A stretch of 44,804 bases of DNA from the sequence record NC_073052.1; one strand, given 5' to 3'. Source of the stretch: Escherichia phage JLBYU60. The first letter of the stretch is position 1. Each line of letters begins with the position of its first letter. The notes beneath the pieces are model-generated. The model was not told where the DNA came from and did not search any database. It saw only the letters and a list, made by a program, of their open reading frames with translations. The translations under genes and the position numbers were made by a program. Positions 1 through 9,270 of the stretch are shown here, one piece after another.

Positions 1-54
1 TATAATCCCCTTAGATGGCAGGGCCGTCTCCTATGTTGCCGATGGTCGGCGCAT

Positions 55-627
55 ATGAACAAAAGGGCTTATATCATGGCAGAAATCAAAGTTAAGGGCC
101 GACGCGCCAAACTGGACGGACGAGTAGCAGTAACCCCGCGCCGTAAACCAGGCGAGCAAACCGAGCACACCAATCTCGGACCTGAAATCGAGTACGGAAA
201 GCGCCGCAAAGGCGGTAAATGCGGACGCCCTACTGACTACCGATCAGTTTACTGCGACCAGCTTCGCCGCTATTTTGCCGATGCTGATGCCTGGCAGGTC
301 AACTACTCCGATAAAGGCGCTGCGCAAGTAATCCCCCGCAACAAAATGCCAACCTTCGGTCGATTTGCCGCGGAAATCGGCGTGGGCGTAGCTTGCCTGT
401 ATCGCTGGGCGCGTGCACATGAGGAGTTCGCCGAGGCGATGGCGGACGCTATGGAGCTTCAGAAAACCTTCCTGATGGAAGCTGGCGGCGTGACCATCGC
501 GGCGGGCTTCGCTACCTTCCTACTTAAAGCTAACCACGGCGTCCGCGACGATGTACCGCTGGATGACGACGAAGATGATAACGGCGACGTCGTTGTCGAA
601 CCTTCCGGCAAAGGCCAGGGTGAATAA
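55..627 (+). CDS. Putative terminase small subunit
   Basis: 190-aa ORF directly upstream of the large terminase, stop overlapping its start (TAATG); HTH-like segment GRFAAEIGVGVACLYRWARAHEEF; acidic C-terminus. Alternative start ATG 76 has a better RBS (AAGGG). Confidence 0.55.
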   Translation: MNKRAYIMAEIKVKGRRAKLDGRVAVTPRRKPGEQTEHTNLGPEIEYGKRRKGGKCGRPTDYRSVYCDQLRRYFADADAWQVNYSDKGAAQVIPRNKMPTFGRFAAEIGVGVACLYRWARAHEEFAEAMADAMELQKTFLMEAGGVTIAAGFATFLLKANHGVRDDVPLDDDEDDNGDVVVEPSGKGQGE

Positions 628-2012
628 TGCGTAACTATGCGGCAGAACACCGCGCACTTGAGCGCGCGATTGCAAAGCGCAACCGACCACCGCGCCCGAC
701 ACGCGTTGCGCAGGCGGTGCGTCTTTACCAGCCTGATTGCCTGCCGCACCAGGTCGAACTACTGCGGGACACGAAGACTAAAATCCTCGGCCTGTGTTCC
801 GGCTTCGGCGGCGGCAAGTCATGGGTCGCTGCGCGTAAGGTCATCCAGCTTTTAACCCTGAACCCAGGTCATGATGGCATCGTTACAGAACCGACTATTC
901 CGCTCCTGGTTAAAATCATGTATCCGGAACTGGAGAAGGCATTCGACGAGGCTGGCTTCCGGTGGAAGTTCAATAAGCAGGACAAGATCTATAACGTGCT
1001 GGTGAAAGGGAAATGGACCCGCGTTATCTGTGAATCAATGGAGAACTATACCCGCCTGATCGGGGTCAACGCCGCATGGATTGTCGCCGATGAATTCGAC
1101 ACTACTAAGCAAGACGTCGCGCTGGCGGCGTATCACAAATTGCTCGGTCGTCTGCGTGCGGGCTTCGTCCGCCAGTTCGTCATCGTGTCAACGCCTGAAG
1201 GCTACCGGGCGATGTATCAAATCTTCGAGGTGGAGAAGGATAGCCAAAAGCGCCTGATCCGGGCGAAGACCACCGACAACCACCATCTACCGGCAGACTT
1301 TATCGACACGCTGCGCAGTCAGTACCCGGCTAACCTGATTGATGCGTACCTGAACGGCCTGTTTGTTAACCTTACGTCGGGCGCGGTGTACAAGATGTTC
1401 AACCGCGAGGAGAACGCCAGCACCGAAGAAGTGCAACCGGACGACACGCTGATTATCGGTATGGACTTTAACGTCACGAAGATGGCGGCGGTCGTGTACG
1501 TCAGACGGCAGCGCATCACCGAAAACAAGGAGTTCCGCGACGAGATTCACGCAGTGGATGAATTCGTAGACCTGTTTGATACCCCGGCTATGATTGAGGC
1601 GATCGAGGAGCGCTACCCCGATCATTGTGCCGCCGGTCGGGTCGTCGTTTACCCGGATAGCAGCGGCAAGTCTCGCAAGACTGTTAACGCATCGTCGTCA
1701 GATATCGCACAACTGGAAGACGCGGGCTTCGAGGTGGAATACGACAGTGTTAACCCACCTGTGAAAGACCGATTGATCGCGATGAATACTATGATGTGCA
1801 ACTCGAAGGGCGTGCGCCAGTATTTTGTCAACCTGGATAAATGCCCTACACTAGCGAAATGTCTGGAACAGCAGGTTTACGACCTGAAGAAAGGCGAGCC
1901 GGATAAAACCGCCGGTGTGGACCACATGAACGATGCAGCGGGCTATCCAATTGCGCACCTGTTCCCAGTGATTCGCCCAATCGCCGTTGTTCCAACTGTA
2001 GACTTCTACTAA
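627..2012 (+). CDS. Terminase large subunit
   Basis: 461 aa; Walker A-like GFGGGKS and Walker B-like WIVADEFD ATPase motifs followed by a nuclease-sized C-terminal half; first large gene of the morphogenesis block. Confidence 0.85.
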   Translation: MRNYAAEHRALERAIAKRNRPPRPTRVAQAVRLYQPDCLPHQVELLRDTKTKILGLCSGFGGGKSWVAARKVIQLLTLNPGHDGIVTEPTIPLLVKIMYPELEKAFDEAGFRWKFNKQDKIYNVLVKGKWTRVICESMENYTRLIGVNAAWIVADEFDTTKQDVALAAYHKLLGRLRAGFVRQFVIVSTPEGYRAMYQIFEVEKDSQKRLIRAKTTDNHHLPADFIDTLRSQYPANLIDAYLNGLFVNLTSGAVYKMFNREENASTEEVQPDDTLIIGMDFNVTKMAAVVYVRRQRITENKEFRDEIHAVDEFVDLFDTPAMIEAIEERYPDHCAAGRVVVYPDSSGKSRKTVNASSSDIAQLEDAGFEVEYDSVNPPVKDRLIAMNTMMCNSKGVRQYFVNLDKCPTLAKCLEQQVYDLKKGEPDKTAGVDHMNDAAGYPIAHLFPVIRPIAVVPTVDFY

Positions 2013-2022
2013 GGAAACGACC

Positions 2023-3543
2023 ATGACCGTTAACGTAGACAACCAGCACCCGCTCTATGCGCGCATCGCGCCAGAGTGGAAAATGATCCGTGACTGCGTA
2101 GCAGGGGAGCGCGCCGTGAAGGCGTGCGGCCCATTATACCTGCCACACCCAGCAAGCGGCGACACCACCGACCCTAAATCGCGTGCGCGTTATAAGGCGT
2201 ATAAGCAGCGCGCCGTCTTCCTGAACGCCACCGCCCGAACCCTTAACGCACTGTTAGGCGTGGCCTTCGCGAAGCCGGTGAGTATTGACCTTTCCGGGGC
2301 AATGGCTGACCTGATTGATGACGTAGACGGCAGCGGGATGCCACTGGCGCAACTCCTGCGCGGCGCTATGTCGGAAGTGCTGCAATCGGGCCGCGCTGGA
2401 TTTATGGTGGACTACGACCGCCAGGCTAACTTTGATGAACTGGGTAACGTAGTGCCGCAGACAGCCGCTGAAATGGCGACACACCGCCCGCTTATCCGCC
2501 TGTATACGGCTGAGCAGATCATTAACTGGCGGCAGACCCACGGGGTCGACACGCTAATCGTGCTGAAGGAGACGGACGAAATCAGCACCGAAGATCCGGA
2601 CGACTTCGCAAACCACGAGGTAACGATCTGGACTGAGCTTCGCATGATTAACGGTGTGGCGCATGGTCGCCGCTGGTATTACAACGCGGACACGTCCGAA
2701 GTGCAAATGGACTTGCCGCGCGGCTTCACCCGCACCGACCTTGTACCACTGGTGGATGCTGCCGGTAACGCGCTTACGCAACTGCCTTTCTGTTGGTGTG
2801 GCGCGGTGGACAACAACGCGACGCCGGACGCCGCACCGCTGGCAGATATTGCATCCATCAACATTAAGCACTACAACGCCGAAGCTGACGTCGCAGAGAT
2901 TGCGCACATCGTAGGTCAACCTACCCTAGTTGCGACGGGGCTAACCCAATCATGGGCTGATAAAAACCTGAAGGGCGGCATCGCGCTCGGGGCAACTAAA
3001 GGCGTCATCCTGGGTCAGAACATGGACGCTAAACTGCTTCAGGCGGAGGAGAGAAACCTGTCAGTTGCTCTGTGTGAGCGACGCGAATTGCAGATGGCTA
3101 AACTGGGCGCGGCCCTGGTCGAGAAGGGGACCGCACCTAAGACGGCAACTGAAGCGGCCTACGATGCGCAGACTGATAACAGTATCCTGTCACTGATTGC
3201 CGGTAACGTTGAGAAGGCTTTCAACCGCGCGCTGCAAATCGTCAAGCTGTTCACTGGCGACACCGCAGATCAACGCGTAACGCTGAATAAGTTCTACACC
3301 GAAATCACGGTTGACGCACAGCTTATGACCGCAATGATGGCGGGTGTGCAGACAGGTACGGTCCGTCTGGCGGACTTTATCAAGTGGATGATGGCCCAGG
3401 GCGTTATTGATGACTCGCAAACCGTCGAGCAGGTGGAAGACGAACTGCGAAATCAGAACCCATTGCCTCAAATGTCCCCGGATGCGGTAGAATCTACCGA
3501 AGAAGACCAGGGCAAGGTAGCGGACGATGGCGAGAACAATTAA
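2023..3543 (+). CDS. Portal protein
   Basis: 506-aa ORF immediately after terminase large subunit with RBS; size and position typical of portal; acidic C-terminal tail. Confidence 0.7.
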   Translation: MTVNVDNQHPLYARIAPEWKMIRDCVAGERAVKACGPLYLPHPASGDTTDPKSRARYKAYKQRAVFLNATARTLNALLGVAFAKPVSIDLSGAMADLIDDVDGSGMPLAQLLRGAMSEVLQSGRAGFMVDYDRQANFDELGNVVPQTAAEMATHRPLIRLYTAEQIINWRQTHGVDTLIVLKETDEISTEDPDDFANHEVTIWTELRMINGVAHGRRWYYNADTSEVQMDLPRGFTRTDLVPLVDAAGNALTQLPFCWCGAVDNNATPDAAPLADIASINIKHYNAEADVAEIAHIVGQPTLVATGLTQSWADKNLKGGIALGATKGVILGQNMDAKLLQAEERNLSVALCERRELQMAKLGAALVEKGTAPKTATEAAYDAQTDNSILSLIAGNVEKAFNRALQIVKLFTGDTADQRVTLNKFYTEITVDAQLMTAMMAGVQTGTVRLADFIKWMMAQGVIDDSQTVEQVEDELRNQNPLPQMSPDAVESTEEDQGKVADDGENN

Positions 3544-4630
3544 TCAATATATGGCGGATCGCATGATTCGCCGTCACATCTTCACCCAGCGCCTGAGCAA
3601 TGATCAGGCGCGAAGGGTGCTGGCTATGTGGGAGAAGTTCCGGCCCGCTTTACTTGGTAAGCTGACCGAGTTACTTGATGGCAAAAAGTCCATGAATAAC
3701 AAAGCACTTACCACACTGTTAACGCAACTCGACAAGACCGTCAAAACGGAACTGCGCACCGAGTTTAAGGCGTTGGCTGAAAGCCTTCAGGAGTTCGCCG
3801 ACACCGAGGCTGATTATCTCGCCGACACATTAACGGCAGCGATCCAGCCGGTAGTCGCCGTACCGGCGGTCGAGGTGGTTGGCGTAGTGACCGGCGCGCA
3901 GATCGCAGCAACGGCAATGAAAAACCCGTTCCAGGGCAATACCATGATGCAATGGCCTGACTCACTTTCTGAGTGGACCAGGACGCAGATCGGTAATCAG
4001 GTGCGGGCGGGATTCATCCAGGGCAAGCCAACGATGGAAATTATCGCGGACGTGAGGCGCGCGCTAGGCGGTCGTAGTGCGCAAGCCATCTCAAGCGTTG
4101 TTAAGTCCGCAGTAAACCACTATGCGGCGACTGCCCGCGAACTAATGGTAAAAGCAAATGACGATATTCTCGAAGGTCGCCAATGGTTATCTACATTGGA
4201 CACACATACTTCTCCCATGTGCCAGCTACGCGATCGCCTGTTTTATCCGGTTGATGTTACTCCCGACACCAAAGGAAAGCGCGGCGGGAAAGTGGTGGCG
4301 GGGTCGCAGTATGGCGCTGGCCCTGGCAAGCTGCATTATTGCTGCCGGTCGACGGAGACGTGGAAAGTCAAAGGCATGGAAGATTGGCCCAGTGGTAAGC
4401 GTCCGGCACTGAAGGCCGACGCGGGTCGATTGCTGAGTGAGCAGGTAGACGCGCAGACTGATTTCTTCTCATGGGTGCAGCGCCAGCCGCGCCATATCCT
4501 GGAAGAATTATATGGAGTGCAACGCGCCGACCAGATTATGCGCGGCGTGAAAGTGCCGAAGATGTTCACCGATTCTGGCGAACTGATGACTATTGCACAG
4601 CTTAAAAACCGGGGGTTATGGCGTGATTAA
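3527..4630 (+). CDS. Head morphogenesis / minor capsid protein (SPP1 gp7 / Mu F-like, putative)
   Basis: 367-aa ORF overlapping the portal stop; position between portal and scaffold is typical for this family; no motif-level confirmation. Confidence 0.5.
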   Translation: MARTINQYMADRMIRRHIFTQRLSNDQARRVLAMWEKFRPALLGKLTELLDGKKSMNNKALTTLLTQLDKTVKTELRTEFKALAESLQEFADTEADYLADTLTAAIQPVVAVPAVEVVGVVTGAQIAATAMKNPFQGNTMMQWPDSLSEWTRTQIGNQVRAGFIQGKPTMEIIADVRRALGGRSAQAISSVVKSAVNHYAATARELMVKANDDILEGRQWLSTLDTHTSPMCQLRDRLFYPVDVTPDTKGKRGGKVVAGSQYGAGPGKLHYCCRSTETWKVKGMEDWPSGKRPALKADAGRLLSEQVDAQTDFFSWVQRQPRHILEELYGVQRADQIMRGVKVPKMFTDSGELMTIAQLKNRGLWRD

Positions 4631-4952
4631 ATATGCAGCGATTGGACTGGTTATCGGTCTGGCGGTAGGATTCTGGCTAGGTGACTCCTATCGCGCTGGC
4701 GTAGTGGCGGAGGCGGCGCAAGAAGCGCAAGCCCAAGCCCAACGGCAGCAAACTAAAGTAATCGAGCGCTCCGTGCAGGCAGAACAAGCCCGCGACGTGG
4801 AATACCGGACTATCACAAAAGAGGTTGTTAAATATGTTACGCGCCCTGACCGCCCTGATTGTAGTTTTGACGCTGAGCGCGTGCGGATCAAGCAGCGTGC
4901 CGTTGATGCCGCTAACGGAGTCGGCACTGCGACCGCCGTGCAAGTTCGATAA
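4623..4952 (+). CDS. Putative i-spanin (Rz-like inner membrane spanin)
   Basis: N-terminal TM helix IGLVIGLAVGFWLG followed by A/Q/E/R-rich coiled-coil segment; probable GTG start at 4623 preceded by GGGGG RBS (six-frame ORF begins at TTG 4593); contains the o-spanin gene in the +1 frame. Confidence 0.6.
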   Translation: MIKYAAIGLVIGLAVGFWLGDSYRAGVVAEAAQEAQAQAQRQQTKVIERSVQAEQARDVEYRTITKEVVKYVTRPDRPDCSFDAERVRIKQRAVDAANGVGTATAVQVR

Positions 4953-5064
4953 CCCGTCTGCGGACCCCGACGAAGATTTGATGATTGACGTGAAAAATAT
5001 GGAATGCGGGGCGAAGCTGAGGGCGCAGGTGTTGGAGTTGCAGCAAATAATTAAGGGGCCGTAA
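4834..5064 (+). CDS. Putative o-spanin (Rz1-like outer membrane lipoprotein)
   Basis: Signal peptide with lipobox LTLSAC-G, proline-rich mature part; ATG 4834 with RBS AAGAGG; starts inside the i-spanin gene in another frame and extends beyond it (overlapped architecture). Confidence 0.7.
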   Translation: MLRALTALIVVLTLSACGSSSVPLMPLTESALRPPCKFDNPSADPDEDLMIDVKNMECGAKLRAQVLELQQIIKGP

Positions 5065-5076
5065 TGGCCCCTTTTC
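5053..5076. terminator. Bidirectional rho-independent terminator between convergent genes
   Basis: AAGGGGCC-gtaat-GGCCCCTT stem-loop followed by TTT; lies between + gene ending 5064 and - gene ending 5079. Confidence 0.6.
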
Positions 5077-5078
5077 AG

Positions 5079-5843
5079 TTAGCGAGGAATGCCGCAAATC
5101 TCGTTGAGTGTTTTCACATCCAGCGCCACCGCCGTGGATTTTGGCTTGTCCGGGTACGGGATGAATTGCTCAACTTCAGGCCATGCCTTGATCAGCTTCT
5201 TATCGGTATTGTGCATATCCAGCACGCCGGTAACAGTTAGTTTGAACGCGTCATACTTAGCCCGCAACTCACGGCGGGCCTTGTCGTTACGGTCCAGGCG
5301 CTTGCAGAAATCGTGGTCCGCAGGGTAGTCTATGCGACCGCGTGGCTTATAGATCGGCAGCGATTTTCCGTCCTTGTCCACTTCACACACCGAAGCCAGC
5401 ATAACTTCCTCGAACCCCGGTACGATATCGCCGAGATCGGGAGATAGCTTATTCATGTATTTATATTCCCAGTATCCGCGATGTACGCGGTATTGGTAAC
5501 CGTCACCGCTCAAGGACAAGGTGCGAACGTTTCCGCCTGCGTTGATTTCGAAAGTGGCGTCGTAAACGCTGCCGATACCTTTCGGGCGGTCGGTGTTATA
5601 ACTATACGTCGCCTTGTTGGTGTATACGCAAACGCCGTACATCTGCGACGGGTCATCGCCGATTGCTTCGATGCGCGCAAGTAGCTCGGCGAACGTGCGA
5701 ATGCCTTCCGGCATACAGTCAAGCGTGATTGCGTACGCCAGATCGCGTGAGTCCATCATGATTTGTTTGGCTTCGGTTGCGATTTCGTGGTCGCGCAGGA
5801 TGTTAGCCAGAATCTGATTTTTAATGTCTTTCGTCAGTCTCAT
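5079..5843 (-). CDS. Hypothetical protein (accessory gene antisense to structural block)
   Basis: 254-aa ORF with ATG and RBS GAGGA; convergent with the spanin genes across a bidirectional terminator; no recognisable motifs. Confidence 0.6.
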   Translation of the reverse strand: MRLTKDIKNQILANILRDHEIATEAKQIMMDSRDLAYAITLDCMPEGIRTFAELLARIEAIGDDPSQMYGVCVYTNKATYSYNTDRPKGIGSVYDATFEINAGGNVRTLSLSGDGYQYRVHRGYWEYKYMNKLSPDLGDIVPGFEEVMLASVCEVDKDGKSLPIYKPRGRIDYPADHDFCKRLDRNDKARRELRAKYDAFKLTVTGVLDMHNTDKKLIKAWPEVEQFIPYPDKPKSTAVALDVKTLNEICGIPR

Positions 5844-5883
5844 TTTTATGTCCTCATTTTAGGGGCTTTCGCCCCCGATTGGT

Positions 5884-6198
5884 TTAGTTGAATTTGATGT
5901 TGCCACCGGTGGAAGTTAAGCGGGCACATACAGCTTCAACGGCATCGACGCACATGAAATCGTTAAAGGCTTCGACCAGGGCGTTTATGAAAGATGCCGG
6001 AACCAGGCCGCAAGCCGGATTATCGAATGTTGCGGAGTTGATCGCCGCTTTTGCCGCTTCGGAAGCATTCATGCTCTGGCACAGATTCAGCGCTTCCGCG
6101 TTACGCATTGCGTGAAAGGTAAAGGTATTCGCTACGGTAGCTTTATTGAAACGGGCCATTGCGGCGTCTACTGGAGTTGCTACGGTCATGTTAGTCAT
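5884..6198 (-). CDS. Hypothetical protein
   Basis: 105 aa from ATG 6198 (MTNMTVATPV) with RBS AAGGA; sigma70-like promoter and TTGGTTGCA motifs immediately upstream. Confidence 0.55.
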   Translation of the reverse strand: MTNMTVATPVDAAMARFNKATVANTFTFHAMRNAEALNLCQSMNASEAAKAAINSATFDNPACGLVPASFINALVEAFNDFMCVDAVEAVCARLTSTGGNIKFN

Positions 6199-6226
6199 TT
6201 TGTTTTCCTTCATATCTCTGTTGGTG

Positions 6227-6263
6227 TGCAACCAATATAATGCAACCAACATACGCAATGCAA
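6227..6263 (-). promoter_or_regulatory. Putative sigma70-like promoter with two TTGGTTGCA elements
   Basis: On minus strand: -35 TTGCAT (6263-6258), 17-bp spacer, -10 TTATAT (6240-6235); TATATTGGTTGCACACCAACA element identical to that upstream of 40414. Confidence 0.45.
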
Positions 6264-6352
6264 GCGAATTTTGCGATTATTTCTATCGCTGATAATATTA
6301 AGGCGTGAAGTCAAGCGGGTGGCCCGCTTTGCCACAATCCCAGGGGGATAGC

Positions 6353-7054
6353 ATGAAACTTACTAAAGCAGAATATGACGCGTTGCCCGAAGGTATGAAG
6401 GCGCTTTTTGTTGCCGATGGCGATGGGTATAAATCAACGTTCATGACCGCAGAAGAAGTACAGGCGGAAATCAAGGGTCTGAAAGACAACAACGCGAAGC
6501 TGGTGAGCGAGAAGAAAGCAGAAGCTGAACGCCGCGCCGAAGCCGAGCGCCTTGCGAAAGAGAAAGAGGAAGCCGCCGCGCGCAAAAATGGTGACCTCGA
6601 AGCGATCGATAAGTCCTGGAAAGATAAGTTTGCAAAACACGAAGCAGACACATCGGGAAAAATCGAAGCCTACCGCAAGCAGATCCACGATCTAACCATC
6701 GGCAGCGCTGCCAAAGACCTGGCGTCGAAGCTGTTCGGTAAGAATGCGGGCATCATGCAACGCCACGTAATGGACCGCCTGACGCTGGAAGACGGCGAAG
6801 ACGGCAGCTTGAAAGTGCGTGTCTTGCAGGATGGCAAACCGTCCGCGCTGACTATGGAAGAGCTTGAAAAAGAGTTCCGTAATAACGCCGATTTTGCATC
6901 TGTTCTGGCTGGCACGCCCGCCGGTGGCGCGCCGAGCAAACCGACGCATGTTGTCGAAGATATGAAGTCGAAAATCACTATGGGACACAGCTTCGGCATC
7001 ACCGACCTGACGAAACAGGCGGGTGAAATCATCGCTAAAATGGGCGACGAGTAA
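6353..7054 (+). CDS. Putative scaffolding protein
   Basis: 233 aa, strongly charged coiled-coil-like region (KKAEAERRAEAERLAKEKEEAAARK), located directly upstream of the major capsid gene; start ATG 6353 with RBS GGGGGA. Confidence 0.6.
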   Translation: MKLTKAEYDALPEGMKALFVADGDGYKSTFMTAEEVQAEIKGLKDNNAKLVSEKKAEAERRAEAERLAKEKEEAAARKNGDLEAIDKSWKDKFAKHEADTSGKIEAYRKQIHDLTIGSAAKDLASKLFGKNAGIMQRHVMDRLTLEDGEDGSLKVRVLQDGKPSALTMEELEKEFRNNADFASVLAGTPAGGAPSKPTHVVEDMKSKITMGHSFGITDLTKQAGEIIAKMGDE

Positions 7055-7151
7055 GCACATTGCCCGCGAAAGCGGGCGATTTTGCGAGCGCGTAAATCTA
7101 AGGTAACATTAACGGTACTGGGCGAATGCTCACAACTCAAAGGATTTCGAT

Positions 7152-8252
7152 ATGTCTTTAACAGTGTTCCAGCGTAAACTCGTTACCGCGGTTACGCAAA
7201 TGATCCCCGACAACCTGAACGTTTTCAACGCCGCCGCCAATGGCGCTGTTGTTCTCGGTACTGGTGAAGTGCTGAAGGATGTTATTGAGAAAATGTCCGT
7301 AGGCTTGATCGCCAACCTCGTTACCGACCGTAACGCCTACGCCCCTGTCGGCACTCCGGCAACCGCGAAAGTGCTGGCGCGTATGCTGACCAACTCGGTT
7401 AACCTTTCCGCAAAAGTGGGTCCGGTAGCAATCACTAAGGCTATGATGGCTAAGATCGAAACCAACGTTAACAGCGTTGCGGCTGAGATTGCGGCACAGG
7501 CTACTCAAGCGATTATGCTGCACTACCTGAAAGCTGGTATCGGCGCAAGTAAAGCGGCGATCGAAAGCAACGAAGCGGCAAAATACACCCAACCGGCGCG
7601 CGTTGACGGCGTTGGCGGTCGTACCTTCCCGACCCTGGCAGACTTCCCGCTGGCGGCTTCTAAGTTCGGCGATCAGGCGTCTTTGATTAAGTCCTGGTTT
7701 ATGGACGGCGTTACCTGGGCAAACTTCATTGCGTACCAGGCACTCCCTTCCGCTGAACAGGTATTCGCAATTGGCGATCTACAGGTAATGGGTGATGGCC
7801 TGGGCCGTCGATTCATTATCTCCGATGCCGCTGCCGATGCTATGGGCGCTGGTAACGTGCTGGGTCTGGTTCCTGGCGCGGTTGCAGTTACCACCAACGG
7901 CCTCGATATGCTGGCGCAGGAGAAAGGCGGTAACGAGAACATCGAACGCTGGTGGCAGGGCGAGTTCGACTTCAACGTGGCCGTTAAAGGCTACCGACTG
8001 AAGGCGTCCGCTCGTACCCCGATCGAAGGTGTGCGCTCGTTCAAACTGGACGATATTACCACTTCCGCTAACTGGGAACTGGACCAGGGCCAGGTAGACA
8101 ACGCACCGGCAACCGTGCAGGACGTTGGCGCTGTGGGTGATGGCGATACTAAAGGCCGTCGTAAGACCCAGGCCGCACAGGCAGTGCCTACCCGTCACAT
8201 CAAGGAAACGGCTGGCGTACTGGTTACGCTGACTGCGACTACCGCGTCTTAA
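7152..8252 (+). CDS. Major capsid protein
   Basis: 366-aa ORF after scaffold with RBS AAAGGA; followed by strong rho-independent terminator, as expected for a highly expressed capsid gene. Confidence 0.7.
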   Translation: MSLTVFQRKLVTAVTQMIPDNLNVFNAAANGAVVLGTGEVLKDVIEKMSVGLIANLVTDRNAYAPVGTPATAKVLARMLTNSVNLSAKVGPVAITKAMMAKIETNVNSVAAEIAAQATQAIMLHYLKAGIGASKAAIESNEAAKYTQPARVDGVGGRTFPTLADFPLAASKFGDQASLIKSWFMDGVTWANFIAYQALPSAEQVFAIGDLQVMGDGLGRRFIISDAAADAMGAGNVLGLVPGAVAVTTNGLDMLAQEKGGNENIERWWQGEFDFNVAVKGYRLKASARTPIEGVRSFKLDDITTSANWELDQGQVDNAPATVQDVGAVGDGDTKGRRKTQAAQAVPTRHIKETAGVLVTLTATTAS

Positions 8253-8269
8253 CGGGCGCAAATCCCAAA

Positions 8270-8297
8270 GGGGCGGGCTTATGCCCGCCTTTTTTAT
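8270..8297 (+). terminator. Rho-independent terminator after major capsid gene
   Basis: GGGCGGGC-ttat-GCCCGCC stem followed by TTTTTT. Confidence 0.8.
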
Positions 8298-8310
8298 AGG
8301 AGTGAATACA

Positions 8311-8811
8311 ATGTATGGCGACCCGCAAACCTTTATTGATTATGCCGCTGCGCGAGGCGTTGAAGTCACGCTGAGCGATGCAACGCGACACCTTACCGTC
8401 GCTAATGACTTCCTTAACGGCATCAACTGGATCGGAGAACCCGCAGACCAGACTGGCATCGACGCATGGCCCCGCATCAATTACCAATCGGACGGTAAGC
8501 CGGTGCGCGACACGCTCACTGAAGTTGTGGCAGTAGTGCCTGCAGGGCAGATCGTAGATTTTGCATCAATCCCCATTGCCGTCGAGCAAGCCGTTTACAG
8601 GTTGGCGATGTTGGTGGCGGACGAGGTCGATATTTCTCCTGTTGGCAGTGGTAAGGAGACTATCCGCGAAACTGTCGGCCCGATCACGATGGAATATGAC
8701 CCTGCGACGATTGGTAGCGGTGTCTCGTTCCCGTGGTGGGATGGCTTGCTGGGCCACTGGATTGGCTCAGACGGCAACGCAGCGGGTAATTTTGATGTAT
8801 TCCGGGGGTAA
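8311..8811 (+). CDS. Hypothetical head-tail connector / head completion protein
   Basis: 166 aa from ATG 8311 with RBS AGGAG; position between capsid and tail genes. Confidence 0.45.
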   Translation: MYGDPQTFIDYAAARGVEVTLSDATRHLTVANDFLNGINWIGEPADQTGIDAWPRINYQSDGKPVRDTLTEVVAVVPAGQIVDFASIPIAVEQAVYRLAMLVADEVDISPVGSGKETIRETVGPITMEYDPATIGSGVSFPWWDGLLGHWIGSDGNAAGNFDVFRG

Positions 8812-8915
8812 TATGAATCCTGCATTACTGGCGGCTATTATCGCCGCAAATACTAAACGCCAACCAGAACCGGAACCAGCGCCAGAACCGGAACCACCGG
8901 TACAGGAGGATGATA

Positions 8916-9269
8916 ATGGCGGGCTTTAATTACGCGGGGTTAAAGCGGAAAGTCAATCCGCTGATTAAAAAGTTCGGCATGACGGCTACGGTGACGCGTC
9001 CGGGGTCGGTTGACCGCGTAGACGGCGACGAAGTGATAATCCCGCCAACGTCGTTCGACGTCATCGGTCTTCGAGAGGAGTACAAGCCGAGCGAGATCGA
9101 CGGGACGCGTATCGTTGCCGGTGATGTGAAGTTTTTGTGTCAGGCCGTCAAGCAGGTAAAGGTCGGGGATTTGGTTAGCCTGAACAATACAGACTACCGG
9201 GTTATCAATTCCAACCCACTGCAACCGGCGGGGACGACCATGCTGTTTCAACTACAGCTAAGGGGCTAA
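8916..9269 (+). CDS. Hypothetical head-tail joining protein
   Basis: 117 aa from ATG 8916 with RBS GGAGGA; position in the connector region. Confidence 0.45.
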   Translation: MAGFNYAGLKRKVNPLIKKFGMTATVTRPGSVDRVDGDEVIIPPTSFDVIGLREEYKPSEIDGTRIVAGDVKFLCQAVKQVKVGDLVSLNNTDYRVINSNPLQPAGTTMLFQLQLRG

Positions 9270-9270
9270 C

